From an uncultured Actinomycetota bacterium (GTDB lineage: Bacteria; Actinomycetota; Actinomycetes; Actinomycetales; Microbacteriaceae), in the NCBI GenBank assembly GCA_963781135.1, contig CAWADY010000013.1:75-64074 (forward strand): a DNA stretch of 64,000 nucleotides, in the 5' to 3' direction. Positions within the stretch are counted from its first letter, which is position 1; each line of letters opens with the position of its first letter. The notes under the pieces were generated by a model. The model did no database searches and had not been told where the DNA came from. It worked only from the letters and a program-made list of their open reading frames with translations. This document shows positions 8,853 to 19,354 of the stretch, piece by piece. A program made the translations under genes and the position numbers.

Positions 8853-9773
8853 TCAGCCGGCGTTGGACTGGAGCCACGCCCACGGGTCGACGACGCCACC
8901 GTTGATGTGGATCTCGAAGTGCACGTGGCAAGCCGTAGAGCTGCCCGTCGAGCCGACGAAGCCGATGAGCTGACCGGCCGAGACGTATTGACCTGCCGAG
9001 ACCTGACGGCTGCCGTAGGTCATGTGACCGTAGAGGCTGTTGACCGACTGGCCGCCGAGCACGTGATCGATCGAGACGGCGACGCCGTAGCCGCCGTAGC
9101 TCTCCTGCGACACGCTGACGACACCGGCCGCCGTGGCGTAGAGCGGCTCGCCGCACGAGGAGAGCAGGTCGACGCCCTGGTGGTAGCCGGAGTCCCAGAG
9201 GCCGCGGCCGAGGGTGAAGTTGATGATGGGCCAGCGCACCTCGCCGCTGCCGGGCGAGACCATGCTGATGTTGAGCGGGACGGAGGATGAGCTGCTCGAG
9301 GCGACGCGCGCTCGGGCCGCGGCGGCTTCGGCGGCGGCTTGAGCTGCTGCGGCCGCGGCTTCTTCGTCCTTCTTCTTCTGGATCTCTTCGGGGGTCGTGG
9401 CGGAGTAGCTGCCGCGGCTGAGCTCTGAAGCTGATGAGTCGGAAGCGACGACGAGTGACTGCGCATCGTCTGCGGCGACCTGCTGCAGGGTGAGGGCATC
9501 GGCTGCCGGACGCCACGCGCCGTAGGCCGGGAGCGCGACGGTCGCGACGAGCCCGCCGACCATGGTCAAGATGACCAGACTGCGCAGCGGGCGGTTCTTG
9601 CGGATGGACGGGCGGGGAGCGGATGCGGCGGGCTCGCTCTTCACCTTCTTGGGGCGGGGGGATGCGGCTCGGCCGAGCGGCCGCACCGGTGAGATTCGAC
9701 CGCGGGCACGGCGCGTGACACTCGTCTCGTCGCTCTGGGGCTCATTCGCGGGCGAATTTATATCTTCAGCCAA
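8853..9773 (-). CDS. Membrane-anchored M23 family peptidoglycan endopeptidase
   Basis: One TM segment, Ala/Ser linker, HQGVD, YGHM and HVHFE Zn motifs. Confidence 0.92.
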   Translation of the reverse strand: MAEDINSPANEPQSDETSVTRRARGRISPVRPLGRAASPRPKKVKSEPAASAPRPSIRKNRPLRSLVILTMVGGLVATVALPAYGAWRPAADALTLQQVAADDAQSLVVASDSSASELSRGSYSATTPEEIQKKKDEEAAAAAAQAAAEAAAARARVASSSSSSVPLNISMVSPGSGEVRWPIINFTLGRGLWDSGYHQGVDLLSSCGEPLYATAAGVVSVSQESYGGYGVAVSIDHVLGGQSVNSLYGHMTYGSRQVSAGQYVSAGQLIGFVGSTGSSTACHVHFEIHINGGVVDPWAWLQSNAG

Positions 9774-9938
9774 TAGTTCCTCCGGCGCCTCTGCGCCGGG
9801 GTGGGCGCTGGCTCGTCAGCATTCGATGTCGGGGCACGATATGCGGGCGTAACCACGCGGACGACGAGCCGGGGAGGCAAACCACGTGGCGTCCGACGGC
9901 GGGCTTCTCGCCTGTGGACTCTTTCACGCTACCCGAAG

Positions 9939-9955
9939 GTAACGAATATGTCACG
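9939..9955. promoter_or_regulatory. Possible MtrA/GlnR-type direct repeat
   Basis: GTAACG-N5-GTCACG (11-bp period), about 170 nt upstream of the M23 start. Confidence 0.4.
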
Positions 9956-10038
9956 TTGAGGGGCTGGCAGATGGCTGGACGTCTTGTCGTCACCGTGCTG
10001 AAGCGCGGAATTCCGGCGGAAATCGACGCCGATCACCG

Positions 10039-10740
10039 TCAGCGTCGGTCGTCGACCAGGAAAATGTGCGACGCGACCTCGACGGGCAGTTCGAGCCCCT
10101 CGTCGTTGCCGTCCATCTGCACGAGGACATAGCCCTCGCTGTAGCGGTAGTCACCTGAAGCGCCCGGCATCACGCCGGCGCCCTTGAGCTGCTGGAGCAG
10201 TTCGGGGTCGACCTGCACGGGCTCGGCGAGACGACGCACGGTACCGGTGATCGGGCCGCCCGCTTCGTTCAGCCGCCGGACGAGACCCACGACGCCCTGC
10301 TCGAAGCCCTTCGCCGGCATGTCGCCGAGCTGGGCGAGGCCCGGGATCGGGTTGCCGTAGGGAGACTCGGTGGGGTGGCCGAGGAGTTCGACGAGTCGGC
10401 GCTCGACCTGCTCGCTCATCACGTGCTCCCACCGGCACGCCTCTTCGTGGACGTAGGCCCAGTCGAGGCCGATGACATCCGAGAGCAGGCGCTCGGCGAG
10501 GCGGTGCTTGCGCATGACGTCGACGGCCTTCTGGCGGCCGCTGTCGGTGAGTTCGAGGGTGCGGTCGTCCGAGACCACGACGAGTCCGTCGCGCTCCATG
10601 CGCCCCACGGTCTGCGAGACCGTGGGCCCGGAGTGACCGAGCCGCTCGGAGATGCGGGCGCGCAGAGGCACGATCGCCTCTTCCTCGAGCTCGAGGATCG
10701 TGCGCAGATACATCTCTGTCGTATCGATCAGGTCGGTCAT
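10039..10740 (-). CDS. ideR: DtxR/IdeR family metal-dependent repressor
   Basis: MTDLIDTTEMYLRTILELEEE, HSGPTVSQTVGRMERDGL and VHEEACRWEHVMS. Confidence 0.93.
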   Translation of the reverse strand: MTDLIDTTEMYLRTILELEEEAIVPLRARISERLGHSGPTVSQTVGRMERDGLVVVSDDRTLELTDSGRQKAVDVMRKHRLAERLLSDVIGLDWAYVHEEACRWEHVMSEQVERRLVELLGHPTESPYGNPIPGLAQLGDMPAKGFEQGVVGLVRRLNEAGGPITGTVRRLAEPVQVDPELLQQLKGAGVMPGASGDYRYSEGYVLVQMDGNDEGLELPVEVASHIFLVDDRR

Positions 10741-10810
10741 GACGCCTCGCAGACGGGAAGTTTGAGCAAGGACAGCCTATCCAATCCCGCCGACCTCCCG
10801 GCCGGAGGGC

Positions 10811-11761
10811 TCAGGGGCCGAACCGCTCTCTCAGCCACTGCAGCGTCGCGACCGCCTGGTCGCGCTGAAAGGCGCGCAGGGTCGGCATCCCAGGCTTGTC
10901 GGGACGCATCGAGCCCTCGAGGAAGAATCCCGCGAGGCCGACCAGCACGCGTGTTGCGGCATCCGCTCGCATGCCTTCGAACACGGGATGCTCGCCGATC
11001 ACGGCCTCGACGTCGTAGTCCGGGTCGTAGAGCCGCACATTGATGAGCAGGGCAAGGGCATCGAACCATCCGGCGCCCCGCGCGGCCCACGGCCAGTCGA
11101 CGACGACCACGGTTCCATCCGGTCGGATGAGGAGGTTGTCTGCGCGCGCGTCCAGATGCACGAGACGATCGCCCCGCAGGTCATCGAGCGCCGAGGCACT
11201 CATCCGAACGAACTCCGCATGGTGATACGCCGTCCATGCGGCCAGGTCGCCATCGAGCGGCGCCGCTGCCAGATCGGCGATGCGGCTCCAGCCCTCGAAC
11301 AGCTCGGACAGCTCCGTCTCGAGCGGGGGTATCGCGCCAGCATCCGGCAGATGTGGTGCCGCAATCTCGGCGAGCGCATCGAGCACGCTGAAGAGTTCGT
11401 CGGTGCGCCAGGGCGTGAGCGGATGCCGCCCCTCGATGTCGTCGAAAACGACGGCCACCCAATCCCCGCGGTCGACGATGCCGAGCATGCGCGGCGCGGG
11501 AATGCCGGCGGGCAGGCTCTCGCTCTTGCGCGCCTCGAGCCGATGGATCTCGGTCGCTTCAGCGTTCACCGCCCGCGAGGCCGTCTTCACGAATGCACGC
11601 CGGCCCGTGGCGGTGACGACGCGATCCGCCGATCCCGGCGAGAAGCCGCCTGTCTGGGTCCGCGCGGTCACGACCGGCGCGCCGAGGATCTCTCCGACGG
11701 ACGCCCGGATCGATTCCGGCACCTCGTCCCACGGCATCCGCCCGGGCGCTTCGATCACCAC
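10811..11761 (-). CDS. Aminoglycoside phosphotransferase (APH)-like kinase
   Basis: GGFSPG, FVKT, LVHLDARADN and VVDWPW motifs. Confidence 0.85.
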   Translation of the reverse strand: MVIEAPGRMPWDEVPESIRASVGEILGAPVVTARTQTGGFSPGSADRVVTATGRRAFVKTASRAVNAEATEIHRLEARKSESLPAGIPAPRMLGIVDRGDWVAVVFDDIEGRHPLTPWRTDELFSVLDALAEIAAPHLPDAGAIPPLETELSELFEGWSRIADLAAAPLDGDLAAWTAYHHAEFVRMSASALDDLRGDRLVHLDARADNLLIRPDGTVVVVDWPWAARGAGWFDALALLINVRLYDPDYDVEAVIGEHPVFEGMRADAATRVLVGLAGFFLEGSMRPDKPGMPTLRAFQRDQAVATLQWLRERFGP

Positions 11762-11806
11762 CCCATCGTTCCAGACGGTCCGTGGGGATGGACGAGCGGG
11801 TGGGTG

Positions 11807-11944
11807 CTACTTGCGGTGAGTGGCTTCGCTCACGTCGTTGCCGGCGCGGTGTTCGACCTTCGCCTTCTTGGCCGCGCGCTTCTCCTTGAGGGTGCTCGAC
11901 GCGGCGGTCTTGCTCGATGATTTCTTGGGGGACTTATCTGACAC
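11807..11944 (-). CDS. Small Lys-rich hypothetical protein (45 aa)
   Basis: GTG start with GAGG RBS; MSDKSPKKSSSKTAASSTLKEKRAAKKAKVEHRAGNDVSEATHRK. Confidence 0.65.
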   Translation of the reverse strand: MSDKSPKKSSSKTAASSTLKEKRAAKKAKVEHRAGNDVSEATHRK

Positions 11945-12061
11945 GATGACGCCCTCTGTTCGGGAGCCCGACCGGGCCCCGTGCCGCAACCCTAACCCGC
12001 CGACCGCGCGCCGGGTCACGGCATGTCACACGAAACGGTCGCCCGAGCTCCGAAACCGTAG

Positions 12062-13224
<1,163 letters not shown>

Positions 13225-13262
13225 TTGCGAGCACAGGTCGTGCGTCGAAGCGAGGGACCCTG

Positions 13263-13937
13263 ATGACATCGGACACCCCCACACCCGCACCTCGACCGTC
13301 GGCCGCTGACCGCGTGCGCAACCCGCGTGCGGGCACGGAGGACCGTCGTGAGGCGGTGCTGCGCGCGGCGATGACGGTGTTCGGCCAGCGTGGCTACAAC
13401 AAGGGCGGTCTCGTCGAGGTCGCCGAGCAGGCCGGAATGACCCACGCCGGGGTGCTTCACCACTTCGGCAGCAAGGAAGCCCTGCTGATCGCGATGCTGC
13501 AGTATCGCGACGGCGAAGAAGCCGCCGGCGTGCCCGGCCGGGCGCAGACCGAGGGGCCCGCGTTTCTGGGGCACCTTCTCGACACGGTCGCCGAGAACGC
13601 CGGCCGCCCCGGCGTGGTGCAGACCTACACGGTGCTCTCCGCCGAGTCGGTGACCGAGGGCCACCCCGCGCAGACCTACTTCCGCACGCGCCTCGCACGG
13701 CTGCGCGACAAGATCGCCGAGGTGCTGGCCGAGGTGACCGGGCGCGAAGCCGACGACATCGACGTGCGCGACGATGCGTCCGCGCTCATCGCGCTGATGG
13801 ACGGCCTTCAGGTGCAGTGGCTGCTGGATCCGGATGCGGTCGACATGCCGCGCATCGTCCAGAAGGTCATGGATGAACTCGTCGACCGGCTGAGCACCCG
13901 CACCCCGGCGCCGTCGTTTCCGCGGCCGTCTGAGTAG
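13263..13937 (+). CDS. TetR/AcrR family regulator
   Basis: RREAVLRAAMTVFGQRGY...AGMTHAGVLHHFGSKEALL helix-turn-helix. Confidence 0.9.
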   Translation: MTSDTPTPAPRPSAADRVRNPRAGTEDRREAVLRAAMTVFGQRGYNKGGLVEVAEQAGMTHAGVLHHFGSKEALLIAMLQYRDGEEAAGVPGRAQTEGPAFLGHLLDTVAENAGRPGVVQTYTVLSAESVTEGHPAQTYFRTRLARLRDKIAEVLAEVTGREADDIDVRDDASALIALMDGLQVQWLLDPDAVDMPRIVQKVMDELVDRLSTRTPAPSFPRPSE

Positions 13938-13943
13938 GTCGCG

Positions 13944-14696
13944 TCAGGACGCGGGGTCTTCGTCCTCGTCGTCGTCCGCGTCGGAGTCGTCGTCCGACTC
14001 GTCGTCGTCAGACTCGTCCTCGTCGGAGTCGTCATCGTCAAAATCGTCGTCGTCGGAGTCTTCGTCGTCCGATTCGTCTTCGGCGTCGTCCTCGATGATC
14101 GGCTCGTCGATCGCATCGGCCGCGTCGTCGGACAGCTCGTCGATGTCGACGCCGTCCACGTCGCCGGAGTGCAGGATCGGCGATCCGTCGTTGTCGAAGT
14201 CGACCGCGTCGAGGTCGTCGACATCGTCGAGATCCTCGTCCTCGTCCTCATCGATGACGAGGTCGTCGGTCTCGAGCCCCTCTGCGGCGAGCGCCGCCTG
14301 AGCGGCTTGGTACTCGGCCAGACGCTCCGCCCACGGCAGCCAGTCGGGCGCGGTGAGCGCGCCGTCGCCCGGCATCAGCTCGGCTTCGAGCACGGTCGGG
14401 GCGGACCCTTCGACTTGCGCAAGCCCTACCGTCCAGTACCAGCCGGGATAGCCGGGCATGCGGTTCTCGAACCGGATCGTGAGCACGCCGTCGGCATCCA
14501 CCGCCGAATCCCGCGGTTCGCCGACCGTCGTGGCCGGAGTGATCTCATGCAGTGCCGCGAGGGCGAGCCCGCGGGCCACCTGCTCGTCGATCGGCTCGCG
14601 CGCCGCCGCGATCTCAGGTGCCGCTGCGGTGTCGGGCGTCGGCTCAGGGGACTCTGCGGTCTCGGACGTCGGTTCTGCCTCAGGCGTCGAAGTCAT
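13944..14696 (-). CDS. DUF3027-like protein with a very acidic C-terminal tail
   Basis: PGYPGWYWTVG, LMPGDGALTAPDWLPWAERL; last ~110 aa are Asp/Glu-rich. Confidence 0.8.
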   Translation of the reverse strand: MTSTPEAEPTSETAESPEPTPDTAAAPEIAAAREPIDEQVARGLALAALHEITPATTVGEPRDSAVDADGVLTIRFENRMPGYPGWYWTVGLAQVEGSAPTVLEAELMPGDGALTAPDWLPWAERLAEYQAAQAALAAEGLETDDLVIDEDEDEDLDDVDDLDAVDFDNDGSPILHSGDVDGVDIDELSDDAADAIDEPIIEDDAEDESDDEDSDDDDFDDDDSDEDESDDDESDDDSDADDDEDEDPAS

Positions 14697-15063
14697 CGGC
14701 GACCTTGCGCAGCACGGCGGCGACCTTCTTGCCGTGCGCTCCGCTGGGGTAACGACCCCGGCGGAGGTCTCCGCCGATGCCGTCGAGCAGCTTCACGAGG
14801 TCTTCGACGATGATCGCCATGTCATCGGCCGGCTTGCGCTGCGCCTTCGACAGGCTCGGCGGGGCCTCCAGCACGCGCACCGACAGCGCCTGCAGACCCT
14901 TCTTGCCGTCGGCGACGCCGAACTCGAGGCGAGCGCCTGCCTTCAGCGATGTGGTTCCCGCAGGCAGGGCTGTGGCGTGCAGGAAGACGTCCTGGCCGTC
15001 ATCGGAGGCGATGAAGCCGAACCCCTTCTCCTCGTCGTAGAACCTGACCTTGCCGGTGGGCAT
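14680..15063 (-). CDS. Cold-shock domain protein with C-terminal extension
   Basis: MPTGKVRFYDEEKGFGFI...DVFLH RNP motifs, at the 3' end of the long track ORF 14680..17751. Confidence 0.92.
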   Translation of the reverse strand: MPTGKVRFYDEEKGFGFIASDDGQDVFLHATALPAGTTSLKAGARLEFGVADGKKGLQALSVRVLEAPPSLSKAQRKPADDMAIIVEDLVKLLDGIGGDLRRGRYPSGAHGKKVAAVLRKVADDFDA

Positions 15064-15174
15064 GGAAACCTCGCTGGATTGTGCGCCTCGCATCGCGGGC
15101 ACGGTGAAACGGGGACCGATCGATCCCGACACCCCAAGCCTACGGCACACCCGACACCCGATAGGCTGAGCCCG

Positions 15175-15444
15175 ATGAGCACGCGCACCCCCGGTGGGGA
15201 CGTCCCGGTACGACGTCTTGACCGCATCCTGGCCTTCATGTCGCTGGGTCTGGCGGTCGTCTCCATCGGATGCTTCCTCGCGATCATCATCGCGAGGCCC
15301 GCAGGTGTCACCGACTTCACCGAAGGCATCTGGCCCATCGTCGCGGTGCTGCCGCTCATCGCGCTTCCCATCGCGTTCCTCATGATCCTGGCGCTGCTGA
15401 TCATGACTTTCGTGCGGAGGGCGCGAGCCAACCGAGGGGGCTGA
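15175..15444 (+). CDS. Small two-TM membrane protein
   Basis: MSTRTPGGDVPVRRLDRILAFMSLGL...; TAGGCT 7 nt upstream; stop abuts the next ATG. Confidence 0.8.
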   Translation: MSTRTPGGDVPVRRLDRILAFMSLGLAVVSIGCFLAIIIARPAGVTDFTEGIWPIVAVLPLIALPIAFLMILALLIMTFVRRARANRGG

Positions 15445-17181
15445 ATGGTCTCCGACGAGCGCGCACTCGCCGTACGACTGGCATCGACCGAAGACGACGC
15501 CCTCGCCCGGACGTTCGCGGACCGCGGTGTCGCCGCTTCCGCCCCCTGGCACGACTTCTTCGACGCTGCTGCCGGGATGCTGGATCCGGCGTCCGTGGAA
15601 CGCGCGGTCGCACGGCTCCCCCGCACGTCGCTCGTCGCCCTGTTCGCCGCCCTCGACGGCGCTTCCCTGCCCGCATCCGAACTCGCGGTATTGCGGCCAC
15701 TCGCGCTCGTCGGCGACGACGGCGCACCGTTCGGCGCGGTCGCGGCACGCGTGCGGACGGCATCCATCGCCCGTCCCGACGCATTCGTCACCGAACCGCC
15801 CGCTCCGCCCGTCGTCGCGGCGAACGACTCCGACGCCGCCGCTGCGGCCGAGCGCGCCTTCACGACCGTCGGCGCATTGGCCGACGTGCTGCTCGCGGGC
15901 CTGCACACGCCGCTGTCGCGCACGGGCACCGGTGCGGTCAGCGCCATCGATCGGCGTCGACTCACGGATGCCGGAGCCCTGGGGTCGGTGGACGACATCG
16001 ACGACCTGGTCGCCGCCGCCGCCGCCGCCGACCTCGTGACACCGCTGGGTCGCGAGTGGATCGTGACCGACGCGGGCACGCAGTGGCTCGAAGCGACCAC
16101 CACCCGACGCTGGGCGGTCATCGCGGAGGGGCTGCGCAGCGCCGTGCCGGCGGGTCTGCGAACCGACGACGGCGGCTTCCGGCCGCTCTCGAGCTGGGCA
16201 GGCGCTTACCCGCTTCATGCCGAGTGGACCGAACGCTCCGCCCGGCTGCGCCGCATCGCCGAAGCCTGGGGACTGATCACCGCGGTGGGCACCGAGCCGC
16301 GGTGGACCGAGACGCTCCGGGTCGGCGCCTCCCCCGACACCGAGAGCCTGGCGGCGCACATGCCCGCCGAGATCGACCGCGTGTACCTGCAGGCCGACCT
16401 GACCGCGATCGCCCCCGGGCCGCTCGCGCCCGCCCTCGATCTGCGCCTGCGCACGATCGCGACGCGCGAGTCGCGCGCGCAGGCCTCGACGTACCGGTTC
16501 AGCACCGAATCGCTCGGCACGGGCATGACCGAAGGCGAGACCGCGGATTCGATCCGCGAGTTCCTGCGCGGAATCTCGCTGACCGGCATCCCGCAGCCGT
16601 TGGACTACCTGGTCGAGAGCACCGCCGCACGGCACGGTCTCATCCGGGTGCGCGCCGACGAGGCCACGGGACGCACGCGTCTCGAGGCGACCGACCTTGC
16701 TCTGCGCGACACGATCCTCGTCGACCAGGCGCTGCGCCCGCTGGGATTCGTCCGCGACGGCCACGAGCTGGCCTCGCGGGTGGAGCGTGACGCGGTGTAC
16801 TGGTCGCTCGCAGACGCGCGCTACCCGGTCGTCGCCCTCGACGCGTCCGGCGCTCCGGAGTCTCTGCACCGCCGCACGAGGGCCGCGGATTCGACGGCCC
16901 TCATCGAACCGCGCGACACGTATGCGCGGCTGATCGCCGCCCTGCGCGCGGGACACGAGACGGATGCCGACGCGGCCTGGCTCGGCCGCGAGCTCGAGCA
17001 GGCGGTGCGCACGAAGTCCGTGATCGTGGTCGTCGTGCGGATGCCCGACGGCTCCGAGCGCGCGCTGACCCTCGAAGCCTCCGGGCTCGGCGGCGGCCGC
17101 CTGCGCGGGCGCGACCGGGGCGCCGACGTCGAGCGCACCCTGCCGGTGTCGAGCATCGTCAGCGTGCGGCCGGCATCCTGA
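15445..17181 (+). CDS. Helicase-associated domain protein (XPB partner, Rv0862c-like)
   Basis: VYLQADLTAIAPGPL, ESRAQASTYRF and IPQPLDYLV; directly upstream of the XPB helicase. Confidence 0.85.
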   Translation: MVSDERALAVRLASTEDDALARTFADRGVAASAPWHDFFDAAAGMLDPASVERAVARLPRTSLVALFAALDGASLPASELAVLRPLALVGDDGAPFGAVAARVRTASIARPDAFVTEPPAPPVVAANDSDAAAAAERAFTTVGALADVLLAGLHTPLSRTGTGAVSAIDRRRLTDAGALGSVDDIDDLVAAAAAADLVTPLGREWIVTDAGTQWLEATTTRRWAVIAEGLRSAVPAGLRTDDGGFRPLSSWAGAYPLHAEWTERSARLRRIAEAWGLITAVGTEPRWTETLRVGASPDTESLAAHMPAEIDRVYLQADLTAIAPGPLAPALDLRLRTIATRESRAQASTYRFSTESLGTGMTEGETADSIREFLRGISLTGIPQPLDYLVESTAARHGLIRVRADEATGRTRLEATDLALRDTILVDQALRPLGFVRDGHELASRVERDAVYWSLADARYPVVALDASGAPESLHRRTRAADSTALIEPRDTYARLIAALRAGHETDADAAWLGRELEQAVRTKSVIVVVVRMPDGSERALTLEASGLGGGRLRGRDRGADVERTLPVSSIVSVRPAS

Positions 17182-17238
17182 TTCCGCCTCCGGCGCACCG
17201 CGATCCCGGCATCCACCCGCCGAGTAGGATTGACCCTT

Positions 17239-18879
17239 ATGGCTGACGGTCCTCTCATCGTGCAGAGCGACCGGACTGTGCTGCTCGAAGTCGCACACCC
17301 GGACGCCGAGTCGGCGCGCCACGAGCTCGCGATCTTCGCCGAGCTCGAGCGCGCGCCCGAGCACATCCACACGTACCGCATCACCCGCCTGGGGCTGTGG
17401 AACGCGCGCGCCGCCGGCCACGACGCCGACGACATGCTCACCACGCTCGAACGCTGGTCGCGGTTTCCCGTGCCGCCGTCGGTGTCGATCGACATCCGCG
17501 AGACCGTCGGGCGCTACGGACGTCTCACGATCGAGCGCAACGGCGACGGCGAACTGCTGCTGACCGCGACCGACACCGCGGTGCTGACCGAGGTCTCGCG
17601 CAACAAGCGCATCCAGCCGCTGCTGGTCGGCCACCCCACGCCGCAGTCGTTCGTGATCGACGCGTGGGCCCGCGGGCACATCAAGCAGGAGCTGCTCAAG
17701 ATCGGCTGGCCGGCCGAAGACCTCGCCGGATACACACCGGGGACGCCGCATCCGATCGAACTCGACGAGTCGAACTGGACGCTGCGTCCGTACCAGCGCA
17801 AGGCCGTCGACATCTTCACCGAGGGCGGCTCAGGCGTCGTGGTCCTCCCCTGCGGCGCGGGCAAGACCCTCGTCGGCGCTGCCGCGATGGCCGACACGAA
17901 GACGACCACGCTGATCCTCGTGACCAACACCGTCAGCGCCCGCCAGTGGCGCGACGAGCTGCTCAAGCGCACCTCCCTGACCGCCGAGGAGATCGGCGAG
18001 TACTCGGGGCAGATGAAGGAGATCAAGCCCGTCACGATCGCGACGTACCAGATCCTGACGGCCAAGCGCGGCGGACAGTACGCGCACCTGGCGCTCCTCG
18101 ATGCCCTCGACTGGGGACTCATCGTCTACGACGAGGTGCACCTGCTGCCCGCCCCGGTCTTCAAGCTGACCGCCGACCTGCAGGCCCGTCGCCGGCTCGG
18201 CCTGACCGCCACGCTCGTGCGCGAGGACGGTCGTGAGGGCGACGTGTTCAGCCTGATCGGGCCCAAGCGGTTCGACGCGCCGTGGAAGGAGATCGAGGCC
18301 CAGGGCTTCATCTCCCCCGCGGCCTGCTACGAGGTGCGCGTCGATCTCCCGGCCGGCGATCGCCTCGAATACGCCGCGGCCGCAGACGACGAGCGCTACC
18401 GCCTCGCTGCCACGGCGCACGCCAAGATCGGCGTCGTCCGCCAGCTCGTCGAGCGGCACGCCGGCGAGCGCATCCTCGTGATCGGGCAGTACCTCGACCA
18501 GATCGACATCCTCGCCGAGGCACTCGACGCCCCTCAGATCACCGGCGCGACGCCCGTGGACGAGCGCGAGAAGCTGTACCAGGCCTTCCGCGTCGGCGAG
18601 ATCTCGCTGCTCGTCGTCTCGAAGGTGGCGAACTTCTCGATCGACCTGCCCGAGGCATCCGTCGCCATCCAGGTCTCTGGATCGTTCGGCTCCCGCCAGG
18701 AGGAGGCGCAGCGGCTCGGACGCCTGCTGCGGCCCAAGGAGTCGGGTCGCACCGCGAGCTTCTACACGCTCATCGCCCGCGACACGGTCGACCAGGACTT
18801 CGCGCAGAACCGTCAGCGGTTCCTGGCCGAGCAGGGCTACAGCTACACGATCCTGGACGCCCACGCGATCGCTGCGTAA
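17239..18879 (+). CDS. xpb: XPB/Rad25-family DNA repair helicase
   Basis: GPLIVQSDRTVLLEV, LPCGAGKT, DEVH and QEEAQRLGRLLRPK. Confidence 0.95.
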   Translation: MADGPLIVQSDRTVLLEVAHPDAESARHELAIFAELERAPEHIHTYRITRLGLWNARAAGHDADDMLTTLERWSRFPVPPSVSIDIRETVGRYGRLTIERNGDGELLLTATDTAVLTEVSRNKRIQPLLVGHPTPQSFVIDAWARGHIKQELLKIGWPAEDLAGYTPGTPHPIELDESNWTLRPYQRKAVDIFTEGGSGVVVLPCGAGKTLVGAAAMADTKTTTLILVTNTVSARQWRDELLKRTSLTAEEIGEYSGQMKEIKPVTIATYQILTAKRGGQYAHLALLDALDWGLIVYDEVHLLPAPVFKLTADLQARRRLGLTATLVREDGREGDVFSLIGPKRFDAPWKEIEAQGFISPAACYEVRVDLPAGDRLEYAAAADDERYRLAATAHAKIGVVRQLVERHAGERILVIGQYLDQIDILAEALDAPQITGATPVDEREKLYQAFRVGEISLLVVSKVANFSIDLPEASVAIQVSGSFGSRQEEAQRLGRLLRPKESGRTASFYTLIARDTVDQDFAQNRQRFLAEQGYSYTILDAHAIAA

Positions 18880-18915
18880 CCGATTCGAGTGGCCGGCACC
18901 GCGGGCCAGTGCTGA

Positions 18916-19338
18916 TCAGCCCGCGGCTGACACCGTCGCACCGATGCACACCGCCAGGCACGAGAAGTACAGCACGACGCCCCCGAACACGATGTGCAGG
19001 GTGACGGCCCAGTGCAGCTTCCCGCGCACGACGGCCGAGACCGCCGCGACGAATTCCCTGCGGCGCCCCTCCACGACTCCAGAGACCCGACGGTGGTGCC
19101 GCACCATGAGGGCGTCGCCGAGCACCTGCCCGACATTGATCACGACGAAGGCACTCCACGCGAGGAACAGCGCATCGAGAATCACGTAAGCGGTCCACGC
19201 CGCGAGCCCGAGGGTGCCGACTGCGGCGTGGCTGAGGACAATCGAGGATGACCGGCGACCGTGCCGCGCCCAACCGGCGAGAAGAGACACCCCGAGTGCG
19301 GCCTGAACGGCCCAGGCGATGAGTACGGCCAGCGCCAT
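18916..19338 (-). CDS. Hypothetical 4-TM membrane protein (paralog B)
   Basis: 140 aa, hydrophobic; aligns by eye with 19355..19771. Confidence 0.8.
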   Translation of the reverse strand: MALAVLIAWAVQAALGVSLLAGWARHGRRSSSIVLSHAAVGTLGLAAWTAYVILDALFLAWSAFVVINVGQVLGDALMVRHHRRVSGVVEGRRREFVAAVSAVVRGKLHWAVTLHIVFGGVVLYFSCLAVCIGATVSAAG

Positions 19339-19354
19339 GGCGGTCCTCGCAGCC

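Noticed and set aside
9780-9960. c-di-AMP (ydaO) riboswitch upstream of the M23 gene
   Set aside because: I could not find its conserved GCTGAA / GGGGA / CCCG elements; an Infernal scan would settle it.
13950-14280. GTC/TCG-rich periodic tract as a tandem repeat or CRISPR-like array
   Set aside because: It is the codon pattern of a poly-Asp/Glu tail; there are no fixed repeats with unique spacers anywhere in the window.
14680-17751. 1023-aa ORF ending in a cold-shock domain, as a giant fusion
   Set aside because: Only the last 127 codons (from ATG 15063) are a real CSD gene; the rest is antisense to the helicase genes.
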